NCBI GenBank assembly: GCA_041740355.1
Contig: JBGSMD010000063.1
Coordinates: forward strand, 53,002 to 117,001
Origin: Bdellovibrionota bacterium
Lineage (GTDB): Bacteria; Bdellovibrionota_C; UBA2361; CALJRW01
Direction: 5' to 3'
Length of the DNA: 64,000 nt
Shown here: positions 47,731 through 56,744 of the stretch, one piece after another
Layout: every line of letters starts with the position of its first letter
How positions within the stretch are numbered: position 1 is the stretch's first letter
The notes under the pieces: model-generated
Database searches by the model: none
What the model saw: the letters and a program-made list of their open reading frames with translations, nothing else
Told to the model about the DNA's origin: nothing
Program-made: the position numbers and the translations under genes

Positions 47731-48309
47731 TTAGTTCGACTCAACCTTTTGCATTTTCTTCATGTGGATTTGATAAAGCTCTTCTTTGCCATAATCTTCT
47801 AACTCACGTGAGCGACTCATTAAGGTTTCTTTATCTTCAATATAAAGTCTTGGATCCGGATGGTGGACTTCGGGGTGAAGTCCCGTGTCCATTCGAATGG
47901 CATCTACTGGGCAGGCTTCCACACAAAAACCACAATAGATACAAAGCAAAGTATCAATCTCATATCGTCTCGGGAACTTTTCAATTTCAGGATCATCGTG
48001 CTCTGCCGCTTCAATGTAAATACACTTTGCCGGACAAGCAGTTGCACAAAGAAAACAGGAGGTACATTTAACACTACCTTCCGATGTAAGAGTTAAACGA
48101 TGACGACCCCGATATCGCTCTGGGTAATCACGGCGCTCATTGGGATATTGAATCGCAACATCAGCAGCAATATTTTTGGCGAGACCAACTGTATGTAAGA
48201 CATGTAAGGAAAAATTCTTAGCAAGCTTGGTGAAAGTGAAGGCAACACCCTTAGCTACCTCAATCAGGTAGATCTTTTCCCAAAAATTCATTTCTTCACG
48301 ACGTCTCAT
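47731..48309 (-). CDS. nuoI: NADH-quinone oxidoreductase subunit I (2x[4Fe-4S] ferredoxin)
   Basis: Two CxxCxxCxxxCP motifs (CTSCFLCATACP, CIYCGFCVEACP). NuoI-type N-terminal extension. Confidence 0.85.
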   Translation of the reverse strand: MRRREEMNFWEKIYLIEVAKGVAFTFTKLAKNFSLHVLHTVGLAKNIAADVAIQYPNERRDYPERYRGRHRLTLTSEGSVKCTSCFLCATACPAKCIYIEAAEHDDPEIEKFPRRYEIDTLLCIYCGFCVEACPVDAIRMDTGLHPEVHHPDPRLYIEDKETLMSRSRELEDYGKEELYQIHMKKMQKVESN

Positions 48310-48378
48310 AAGGCAAATTTATAGCCTATTTTTTAAGTGGGAACAACAAGCTCTGGAACATGCAATTAATAAGAATTC

Positions 48379-50532
48379 TTAAAATTCTTGATGATGGCTC
48401 TTGCCTCGGGGCTCGTTCCGATAGGTTCGATCTTTGGGACTTGGCTTACTCGGCTTATGATTTGCTTCTCCTCGTAATAATCCACCAAGCTTCTGTCTCA
48501 CCATTTGAGGCCCATTAGTTTGATACCATTTGGCACTTACTCTAACCCCAAAATGGATCAGTGGGATGAGCTTTGGTTTTTCAGGATCTTTATAAGAAAC
48601 AACATCAAAGGGCATACCACTTACTAAGCGAGTGCCCCGAGGCAAAATGGAACTTCGATCTAAAATCCTTTGTAAATTATCCTGACTTCCCGCGGCGAGA
48701 TAAACAGTGCCTTTGTCAGTTTTTTTAGAACTAAAAAGTGCGTCACAACCAGACCAGATTGATTCTAGGACTGCTTGATGAATTGTCTCGTCCATATGAC
48801 GAATTGGATATTTTTCTAAGTCTAATTTAAATCTGCGAAGTAAAACTTCCTTAAGTTCGGTACAACGTCTCATACTAACAGAGTCAATACCACATTTGGC
48901 TTGTGACTCGGGAGACATGCCAATTGCCGACTGAAATACCAAAGCTTGCGCGATAGCATCAGAATCCTTTTCGTCATCACAAAGTATCTTCCAATCTTTA
49001 CTACTACTATTTACAACACCACCATTTTCTTGAACGACAGCAACATCAATTGCCAAGCGAAGAATTTCGAAATCCTCATAGGCAACAGACTTTTGTTGTG
49101 CCGTGATTAACATCTTTCCAATTCGAACATCCACTGGCAGATTCGCAACAGCCTTTCCTTCTGTTGTAATATGCCCTTTTGGTCCACATAAATTTAAATT
49201 TTGCAGAACCCTGAAAGTTTCATCCATTCTTTTTTTGGTAATCCTACTTGGAAATGGCAAGCGCTCAATAGCTTCGCGATTTGGCAGAACTGGACTACTG
49301 ATTAATCGTAGAAATAAACTTTCCAACCTAGAATTTTGAATATCCGCTGGTGGTTCAGGGTCTAAATAACGATGCGGTGTTTCGCCATGATAAATAAATT
49401 TTCCCGGATGAGTCCTTCCGGCGCGTCCTTTTTCTTGAGTAAAATTAAATTTAGAAATCGCCATCAATCTTAAACACGGCACGCCATTCTCAACTACAAT
49501 CCGCTTAACTAATCCAGACATAATGACTAAGTCGATATCTGGAATTGTAATACTTGCTTCGGCAACGTTTGTAGCCAAAACAATTTTTGGTACATCATAT
49601 TTCGCCATTGTTCTTTGCTGCTCCGCAGAGGAAAGCTTAGAATGCAGAGGCATAACAGCAGCGGACATCCCTTCTTTCGCTAAGGCGGCATTTATTGCAG
49701 TTTCCATCTGACTAATCTCATGTTTTCCAGGAAGAAAAATGAGCGTATTTTCACCACGCCTCACAGCGTCGACAGCATCCGCTAAAATAGATTTACCTTT
49801 CTCTCTTTCGTCTACTCGAAAAGTTCGACCAGGAACCTTGATCACTGGAGTGGCAAGACCAAAGACTTTTCTCACTTTATCGGTATTCAGTGTTGCCGAC
49901 ATAATCACTAATTTAGGCTTAGGGCCTTTAGGATTCTGAAGCTCTTGAAGGAACATGGCTAGTAATGTTTCCATGTACATGTTTTTTTCGTGAGCTTCAT
50001 CAATCACATAAACGGTACCTTGATCCGAACCTCTATGCCCACCTAATTTTTGTGCTAAAAGTAAACCATCTGTTAAATATGTTACCTTACTAAGCGCATT
50101 GCAGCATTTGCCGAAACCATGCTGAAAGCCGACTTCCTCTCCAAGTTCTGTGCTGTTCTTAGCTGAGACGTAGGTTGCTAAGTTAACAGCCGCCATTCGA
50201 CGAGGTTGTGTCACCACGACTCGATAACCAAGATCGGCCAGAAACATTGGTACTTCGGTGCTTTTCCCAGAACCAGTTTCTGCTTGAATTACAGTCACGT
50301 TATTATTTAATACCGCACGCTGAATTCTGGCTTTGTAGGCCATGATTGGCAGCTCGCCATTTGTTGTAATAGGTTCAATTTTTGGTTTTACAATATCGCG
50401 AGCAGGAAATCGACCTTGGATTTCACGTGGATTTGGGAAAGTAATCCGGGGGATATGATACTGTGTATGTTTAGGCTGATTTCTTTTACTGTCCCTTAGG
50501 GCTCTTCCACCCTGAGTATTAACTCCTGCCAT
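48379..50532 (-). CDS. ATP-dependent DEAH-box helicase (HrpB/HrpA family)
   Basis: Walker A TGSGKST. DEAH box VIDEAHE. SAT. Motif VI QRAGRAGR-like (EKGRAGRT). Confidence 0.8.
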   Translation of the reverse strand: MAGVNTQGGRALRDSKRNQPKHTQYHIPRITFPNPREIQGRFPARDIVKPKIEPITTNGELPIMAYKARIQRAVLNNNVTVIQAETGSGKSTEVPMFLADLGYRVVVTQPRRMAAVNLATYVSAKNSTELGEEVGFQHGFGKCCNALSKVTYLTDGLLLAQKLGGHRGSDQGTVYVIDEAHEKNMYMETLLAMFLQELQNPKGPKPKLVIMSATLNTDKVRKVFGLATPVIKVPGRTFRVDEREKGKSILADAVDAVRRGENTLIFLPGKHEISQMETAINAALAKEGMSAAVMPLHSKLSSAEQQRTMAKYDVPKIVLATNVAEASITIPDIDLVIMSGLVKRIVVENGVPCLRLMAISKFNFTQEKGRAGRTHPGKFIYHGETPHRYLDPEPPADIQNSRLESLFLRLISSPVLPNREAIERLPFPSRITKKRMDETFRVLQNLNLCGPKGHITTEGKAVANLPVDVRIGKMLITAQQKSVAYEDFEILRLAIDVAVVQENGGVVNSSSKDWKILCDDEKDSDAIAQALVFQSAIGMSPESQAKCGIDSVSMRRCTELKEVLLRRFKLDLEKYPIRHMDETIHQAVLESIWSGCDALFSSKKTDKGTVYLAAGSQDNLQRILDRSSILPRGTRLVSGMPFDVVSYKDPEKPKLIPLIHFGVRVSAKWYQTNGPQMVRQKLGGLLRGEANHKPSKPSPKDRTYRNEPRGKSHHQEF

Positions 50533-50763
50533 ACGACCACTTCCTCTTTACGACAAAACATTTCTAAAAACTCGGTAAGTTTTGAAATGTTTTTGGTTAA
50601 ATCTGGAAGAAAAAATCTGCAAGTCTAACCCTACTAAGATTCAATCTTATTAAAAGTTCTATATTGAATATGATCACTAAGCAAGATTTATTATTTTGTG
50701 TTTAGCTAAAAAAAATGTTGACAGAAAAATCAAAAGTTCAAGATTTTAAGTGAATGATTCTTT

Positions 50764-50895
50764 AGTTATGACAAAAAGTAATTTCCAAATATTTCAAAGG
50801 TAGTTTTTTGTCATAACTATATGATATTATTATCCCTCCGGGGGATAGTAAGCCCCAAAAAGTAATTCCAAACAGAAATTACTTTTTAGGCTTAC
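50764..50895. repeat. About 135-bp nested-hairpin repeat element, copy 1
   Basis: 13-bp inverted repeat gttatgacaaaaa/tttttgtcataac, then agtaagcc...ggcttact enclosing aaaagtaatt...aattactttt. About 80% identical to 54004..54140. Confidence 0.55.
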
Positions 50896-50915
50896 TAAAT
50901 TTGTCCTTGATTAAA

Positions 50916-51806
50916 CTACAAACACTCTTGTAATTTTTTTAGTAACTTCATTGCGGCAACTGGAGTTGGTCCACAGATCAAATGATAACCAACCACATAA
51001 TCTTTGCAAGCAACAGCAATGTCTCGACATAATTTAAAAGAAAACTCTCCAAGATCAGCTTCTGGATCTGCTTCCGCCATCGCAATTAGCTCCGGTGAAA
51101 TTTTAATTCCGGGAACATTTTGAAAAGCCAAAGCATTGCGCCCCTTGCGAAAAGGTAAGAGTCCAAGAAAAAGTGGCACTCCAACTTCGCTAGCTGCTTT
51201 GAAAAAACCAACAGCTTGATCAACATCAAAGACTGGTTGACTGAGTGCATACTGCGCTCCAGCTAATTTTTTCTTTTCTAACTTTCTAAGTTCTGGTCCT
51301 GGGTTGCGAACATTTGGATTCACAACACAACCAGGGATGATAGCCGGCGCACCTTCTAGATCATTCCCGGCTAAATCCTTGCCAGCATTAAGAGTCTTAA
51401 TGGTATCTAGTAATCCCACAGAGTTAACTTCGAACACACCCTTACAATCTTTGTTATCACCAACACTGATCGCATCACCAGTTAGGGCGATAATATGATT
51501 AACCCCCAAACTACCAGCGGCAAGCAACTCTCCTTGCATGGCAATTAAATTACGATCTCGACAGGAGAGGTTAACCATCGTCTCAACTCCATAACGCTCT
51601 TTAAGTTTAGAAGCGAAGACAATTGGGTTCATCCGCATGCGAGCTAGAGCCGAATCGGTAACATTTAAATAATCAATTTGGCCAAGATACTTATCAAGCC
51701 TAGCAAACACCTCATCTGAGGAAATTCCCCGAGGGGGATTCACTTCTAGGCAGAATAGCTTTTTATTTTCTTGAAAATTTAAGGATTTAGGGGAGAAATT
51801 GCTCAT
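50916..51806 (-). CDS. metF: 5,10-methylenetetrahydrofolate reductase (MetF-like)
   Basis: LEVNPPRG...NVTDSA...NLSCRD...HIIALTGD matches the MetF pattern (FSFEFFPPRT...SVTYGA...HLTCID...ALRGD). Confidence 0.7.
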   Translation of the reverse strand: MSNFSPKSLNFQENKKLFCLEVNPPRGISSDEVFARLDKYLGQIDYLNVTDSALARMRMNPIVFASKLKERYGVETMVNLSCRDRNLIAMQGELLAAGSLGVNHIIALTGDAISVGDNKDCKGVFEVNSVGLLDTIKTLNAGKDLAGNDLEGAPAIIPGCVVNPNVRNPGPELRKLEKKKLAGAQYALSQPVFDVDQAVGFFKAASEVGVPLFLGLLPFRKGRNALAFQNVPGIKISPELIAMAEADPEADLGEFSFKLCRDIAVACKDYVVGYHLICGPTPVAAMKLLKKLQECL

Positions 51807-51971
51807 TTCTGAGTAAATAATACAGAGAGGGCGAAAAGTCTATTAGCCACTGATAGTTAGCTATCTGAGTAAATTCTGTTATTTGAAAAAGACCTTAATG
51901 GAGATTATACTCAAAAAGCATTGTAATCTTCGAAAAATGAAAGTATACAATATGACGTGTCATTTTAAACA

Positions 51972-52592
51972 TTGTGTATTTTCATGAGCTTACAAGTTGA
52001 AGTTTTTTATTCCTTTCAGAGTCCTTACTCTTACCTAGCCTTAGAGTCGATCTATAATCTAGAAAAAAAGTATGATATCGACCTTTTGTGGCAACCATTT
52101 TCTGCTAAAGCTAGCGGTCAACAAGCTCCCTCAGGGATGACTGTCTTGCCTGAAAAGTTCTCCTATCTTATTGAAGATACTAAGAGATTTGCTACTAAGA
52201 TGAATTTACCGCTGGAATTTCCAGAAAATTGGCCTAATGAAGAATTCGATCCAGGTCGAGTTTGTCGTGGAGCACTCGTTGCAAACGATCTTGGTGTCCT
52301 AATGGAATATAACTATAAAGTTTTTCAGTGTTGGTGGGGAGAAGGTCGCGATCCAAATACAGACGAATTTACTTCTGAACTATGTGAAGACTTAGACATT
52401 GAACTAGGTGATTACATCAGTAAGTCTTCTGCTAGTGAAATCCGTCAAAGACTGAAAGCTATTTACCACCGTGGACGTAAAATGGGTGTATTTGACACTC
52501 CAACTATTGTTATCAACCAAGAAAGATTCTACGGAATCGACAAAGTTCCATATGTTGATGAATATCTTAAATCTCTTAACTTAGGGATTTAA
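51972..52592 (+). CDS. DsbA-like thioredoxin-fold protein, 2-hydroxychromene-2-carboxylate isomerase family
   Basis: N-terminal FYSFQSPYSYLA, with SPYS in place of CxxC as in HCCA isomerases. The start is probably the internal Met MSLQVEV. Confidence 0.6.
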   Translation: MCIFMSLQVEVFYSFQSPYSYLALESIYNLEKKYDIDLLWQPFSAKASGQQAPSGMTVLPEKFSYLIEDTKRFATKMNLPLEFPENWPNEEFDPGRVCRGALVANDLGVLMEYNYKVFQCWWGEGRDPNTDEFTSELCEDLDIELGDYISKSSASEIRQRLKAIYHRGRKMGVFDTPTIVINQERFYGIDKVPYVDEYLKSLNLGI

Positions 52593-52598
52593 TCGCAC

Positions 52599-53318
52599 GT
52601 GCCCTCCCGAATCTTTGTTAACTCACTTAATAGTTGGCAAAGCGGTGAGGGCATTTTATTATCTAAAGATCAGACACATTACCTTACTAGGGTTCTTCGC
52701 CTTAAGGAATCAGATCAAATTGAAGTGGTTAATAAATCCACTGCCCAAGTATTTTTAGCTGAGCTTCTTCCGGCGGAAAGCACAGCGATCCTTACCTCTG
52801 AAATTTCAAACTCCAAATTTAACACTAAATTAAATCTAATTTTTGCTTACTGCAAAAGTGATAAGAATGAATTAATAATAGAGAAAGGCACGGAACTAGG
52901 AGTTGATAATTTTATTATCTATCAAGCAAAACACTCCATCGCCAAGCTAAGTCCCAATAAGTCAGAACGTTTAGAAAAAATTGCCGAAGCTGCTTCTTGC
53001 CAGAGCAAAAGAAACACCCTACCCAAGATACACTTAGCGGAGAGTCAAACGAAATTACACACAAGCTTACAGGCTTTAACGATTGGAAGATCGCTCTCAC
53101 TAATCGCCTCGTTGGAAGTAAAGCAATTACCCATACCAAACAATATAAGCGACTACTTAACAATTAATTTTGCAGTTGGACCAGAAGGTGATTTCACCAC
53201 AGAGGAGTACAAACTTTTTAAAGATTTTGGATTTCTGCCGATTAGCTTAGGTAGAAATATTCTAAGATCAGAGACAGCCGCAATTGCTGGGATCTCCTAC
53301 ATAAATATTCTCAGATAA
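52599..53318 (+). CDS. rsmE: 16S rRNA (uracil1498-N3)-methyltransferase RsmE
   Basis: RsmE/SPOUT C-terminal motifs (VGPEGDFTTEE, ISLGRNILRSETAAI). Confidence 0.8.
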   Translation: MPSRIFVNSLNSWQSGEGILLSKDQTHYLTRVLRLKESDQIEVVNKSTAQVFLAELLPAESTAILTSEISNSKFNTKLNLIFAYCKSDKNELIIEKGTELGVDNFIIYQAKHSIAKLSPNKSERLEKIAEAASCQSKRNTLPKIHLAESQTKLHTSLQALTIGRSLSLIASLEVKQLPIPNNISDYLTINFAVGPEGDFTTEEYKLFKDFGFLPISLGRNILRSETAAIAGISYINILR

Positions 53319-53320
53319 GA

Positions 53321-53803
53321 TTAAGTTATATTTTGGTAATCTAAAACCTTAAAAAGCTCCTTCATTTTTTGATATCGATAATCAAAAATGTTCTTAAGCT
53401 GATTCTTTACCAACAACTCTCTCGCTATTTGACCAAAGATGCCACAAGGCATTCCATAATGAACTAAATCTTCTACCACCAAGCCTTGATCTGTTTTTCT
53501 AAATGAATGTTGATGGTGCCAAAACTTATAAGGTCCAAAGCGCTGCTCATCTATAAAATACTCCCGATCTTTAACCTGGGTAATTTCCGTCACCCATTGC
53601 ATTGGGATTCCAAGTAAAGGATAGACTCGATACTCTATTATCTTGCCAGGATATATTCTTCCATCTTCTGCGCCAGATATAAATTTAAAGTTTAAAAACT
53701 CAGGTGTAATAATCTTCAGATTCATCGGATTACTAAAGAAGTCCCAAATAGTTTCCAGATCTTCATTTAGGATAAATCTTTCTTTGATCTGATAAATTTT
53801 CAT
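53321..53803 (-). CDS. SRPBCC (START/Bet v1-like) family protein
   Basis: Size and polyketide-cyclase-like pattern. Weakly recognised. Confidence 0.5.
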   Translation of the reverse strand: MKIYQIKERFILNEDLETIWDFFSNPMNLKIITPEFLNFKFISGAEDGRIYPGKIIEYRVYPLLGIPMQWVTEITQVKDREYFIDEQRFGPYKFWHHQHSFRKTDQGLVVEDLVHYGMPCGIFGQIARELLVKNQLKNIFDYRYQKMKELFKVLDYQNIT

Positions 53804-54003
53804 AAAATATTGCTTTGATTATAATACTAGCCACTTTACTGATGAATCTTTTCAAATAAAGATTACTTACTAAATTAAGTATCTATGACGTAAGAACTAG
53901 ATTAAATTGCACAACTTTTCTTAGATTAGGATATTCAAATTCAATCGCTGTCCAAGTAAATTTGCAAACTGCCAAAAAGTGTATCGCTGCGGATGAGTTT
54001 TAT

Positions 54004-54140
54004 AGTTATGACAAAAACTAATTTCCGAATATTTAAAAATTAGTTTTGTGATTTTTGTCATAACCGTATGATTTTATAACGCTTGCGGGGGATAGTAAGC
54101 CCCAGAAAGTAATTCCTATTGGAAATTCCTTTCTGGACTT
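54004..54140. repeat. About 135-bp nested-hairpin repeat element, copy 2
   Basis: See 50764..50895. Confidence 0.55.
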
Positions 54141-54407
54141 ACTATAGTATATTTATTTTGCTCAGATTCTAAGTTTATTTTATAAGGTCTAGAGACTTAT
54201 GCGAACCCCTTGGGTCACATCAAGCACTTTATGCTTGAGATACGAGGCAACCAGATCTTATTAAGGAAAGTTTCAATGTCGCCTAGTATATTCTTGGATT
54301 TAGACTAAAGCTGGACTATTTGAGCTTAAAAATTAATGTTTGTTAAATATAATGTCGAACAATTATTAGCTTTCAAATTTAACTTAAACGACTTAATAAA
54401 TACAAAA

Positions 54408-54961
54408 ATGAAACTCCAAAACTCTAAAGCTCTAAAGCTCAACATAGATTTACCTTAGTTGAGCTTTTAGTAGTTACTGCAATTATTGGTATCCTAGCCT
54501 CAGTCAGTGTGGCCAACTATGATGAATATAAAGCTAAGGTAAATGATACTCGGGCTGAGTTAACTGGTAGAAATTTAATTACGGCGGGAGAAGTCCACTT
54601 GAATGATTTAAGAGATCTACAATCGACGAATTCCCTGACATCGTCAGTTGCCTATAGCCCAATGGAGGGTAATGAATATTTAACATCAGGAGGACATTCT
54701 CTAGACATCAGATCCCTAATCTCACCAGCCCTACTTCAAGGAAACGATCTATTCTTTAATATGATGGTCGAAATGCGCAGCGCATCTCATGCCGCTAGCA
54801 GTGCAGGATTAAGAGAAAGTATTCTAATTAATATTCTAGCTTGTGGAGGAAATAATCTTTTCCATATGAATCATACGAACTTATATAATCACAATACAAT
54901 TCACCTAGATAGCTCCCCAGGAAGTACAGTTCCGGCATTAAGATCTATGTTCTGCGGTTAG
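54408..54961 (+). pseudogene. Type IVa pilin-like gene with 5' frameshift at an 8-bp tandem duplication (ctctaaag x2)
   Basis: ATG at 54408 gives MKLQNSKALKLNIDLP-stop. The mature-pilin frame (FTLVELLVVTAIIGILASVSVANYDEY..., with two C-terminal Cys) is offset by +2. Removing one ctctaaag copy restores a single frame. Confidence 0.5.
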
Positions 54962-55070
54962 TTTCTAAATAGCTTGTATTGTTAAGTTATTTTAAAGATC
55001 GATAATTTTACCTCTCTAACGACTTGTAAATAGGTATTAAATTTGCTAATTATCCCAGTCTACAAAGTTT

Positions 55071-55143
55071 GCCCAGATAGCTCAGTTGGTAGAGCAAAGG
55101 ACTGAAAATCCTTGTGTCGACGGTTCGATCCCGCCTCTGGGCA
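55071..55143 (+). tRNA. tRNA-Phe (anticodon GAA), CCA not encoded
   Basis: Near-identical to E. coli tRNA-Phe (GCCCAGATAGCTCAGTTGGTAGAGC...ACTGAAAATCC...TTCGATCC). Anticodon loop cuGAAaa. Confidence 0.85.
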
Positions 55144-55173
55144 CTTTTTCACAATTTTATTGTGAAAAAGTGC
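55141..55173 (+). terminator. 15-bp perfect-stem hairpin overlapping the tRNA-Phe 3' end, with a U-run inside the stem
   Basis: gcactttttcacaat-ttt-attgtgaaaaagtgc, read directly. Confidence 0.5.
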
Positions 55174-55331
55174 ATAGCTATTTTCGTAGAAAATAGCTGG
55201 GCCATACATCTAAAGGATGTTGCATAATAATTTTGAGTCATAGATACAGTCTTTTTCTTAACCTAATTCTCAAAATTATTGGGCTACTTTCGCCTAGCGA
55301 AATAAAGTGCATAGTAATTTTCTGAAAGAAA

Positions 55332-55429
55332 ATTACTGGGCAATTACCAGAATGGTGTTGCATAGCTATTTTCGAAGAAAATTACTGGGCAATTACCAGA
55401 ATGGTGTTGCATAGCTATTTTCGAAGAAA
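55332..55429. repeat. Exact 2 x 49-bp tandem duplication within a larger array of hairpin units
   Basis: attactgggcaattaccagaatggtgttgcatagctattttcgaagaaa is repeated twice head to tail. Confidence 0.8.
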
Positions 55430-55705
55430 ATAGCTGGGCATTATCCGAAGGATAATGTTTAGTAGTTCTTCCTAAAACTACTAAACCCGAGCACCGCGAG
55501 GGTTAATAATTCTGATCTCAGAATTATTAAGCAATCATCCGCAGGATGATGCTAAGTAGTTTAAGGAAAAGCTACTTGGCACCGAGTTCTTTAAAATTCA
55601 AAAGAAAACACTGAACCCTAAGCAAACATAATCTAACCCCACTTGCTCAAAACCTACTAATAATAACGACTAGGTACTACCTCACCCCTTTTTCCTCCCC
55701 CACTC

Positions 55706-56734
55706 TTGCGCTATGCTACCCCCATGTCCTCTAAAGAAATAATTGAAAAAATTAAAGTGCTGGCAACTCAACCAACACCCCCTCGACAAATCGCAATAAT
55801 TGCTAGCGATCGCATACTCCGAGAACGCACATTAAATAGCTTTGCGGAAGAACTAAAACTCCAAGCAGAGGGTAAATGGAAATATGATATTAAGCGAATT
55901 AAATTATCTCAAGCCAAAGACCAGGATTTAAAAACTTTTATCTTTGAATCTAATGCCCAATCTTTTTTTTCTAAGAAACAAATTTTCTTAATTGAAGAAC
56001 TAGAAAAAGTTAGCGGTCCACAAACAGATATTTTGCTAAGCTTATTTAAGCAAAGACAAACTGAAAATTATTACTTTTTTCTGGGCACCGGGTTACTCAG
56101 TACTAGTCGTTTAATGAAGCAATTTAAAGAGCAGAACTCTGTAATCACACTGCCCAATTTGAAACTGCCGGAATTTAAAAATTGGATCAAAGGAGAGTTT
56201 AATTCTAAAAATCTTTTGCCTGAGCCTAGAGTGATTGATCATCTAGCTCAAAGCTGTGAGCTTTTAACTGACATCGCCCTAGCTAAGATTGAGCAACTAG
56301 AATTATTTGCAGATACTCAGAAAATCACACTTAGTATGGCAGAAGATCTTTTTCCAAGTGAGCTAGCTTTAAAGAAGTTTGCTTGGTTAGATGCCATCTC
56401 CTCTGGCAACAAGCTATTAGCTCAAAAGCTTGTTAGTCAAGCACTGTCTGAAGGTAAAGAAGCACTAGGGCTGACTGCACTTATTCAAGGTAATTACTTA
56501 AATTATTATTTAATTATCTCCCTTCGAAATCAGGGTTACTCTCAACAACAAATTAAAGCTTCCTTGAAAATAGAACCCTGGCTTTTCGATTTACAATATT
56601 CCACAGCTTCCCAAAAAGACTTAAAAAGATTAATTAAAGACTTAAAAGTACTCGTACTCGCTGATAGTAAATTAAAAAATAAGTCTCTAGGTAGCGAAGC
56701 TGTTTTGCACGAACTAATTAATTCTTTATCTTAA
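55706..56734 (+). CDS. holA: DNA polymerase III subunit delta (HolA)
   Basis: Size of 342 aa and a three-domain clamp-loader delta pattern. Located in a tmk-holB neighbourhood. Moderately recognised. Confidence 0.6.
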   Translation: MRYATPMSSKEIIEKIKVLATQPTPPRQIAIIASDRILRERTLNSFAEELKLQAEGKWKYDIKRIKLSQAKDQDLKTFIFESNAQSFFSKKQIFLIEELEKVSGPQTDILLSLFKQRQTENYYFFLGTGLLSTSRLMKQFKEQNSVITLPNLKLPEFKNWIKGEFNSKNLLPEPRVIDHLAQSCELLTDIALAKIEQLELFADTQKITLSMAEDLFPSELALKKFAWLDAISSGNKLLAQKLVSQALSEGKEALGLTALIQGNYLNYYLIISLRNQGYSQQQIKASLKIEPWLFDLQYSTASQKDLKRLIKDLKVLVLADSKLKNKSLGSEAVLHELINSLS

Positions 56735-56744
56735 ACATCGACTA

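Noticed and set aside
55170-55460. Possible CRISPR array after tRNA-Phe
   Set aside because: The units are about 50 bp with variable palindromic stems and no constant repeat alternating with unique spacers. No cas genes are nearby.
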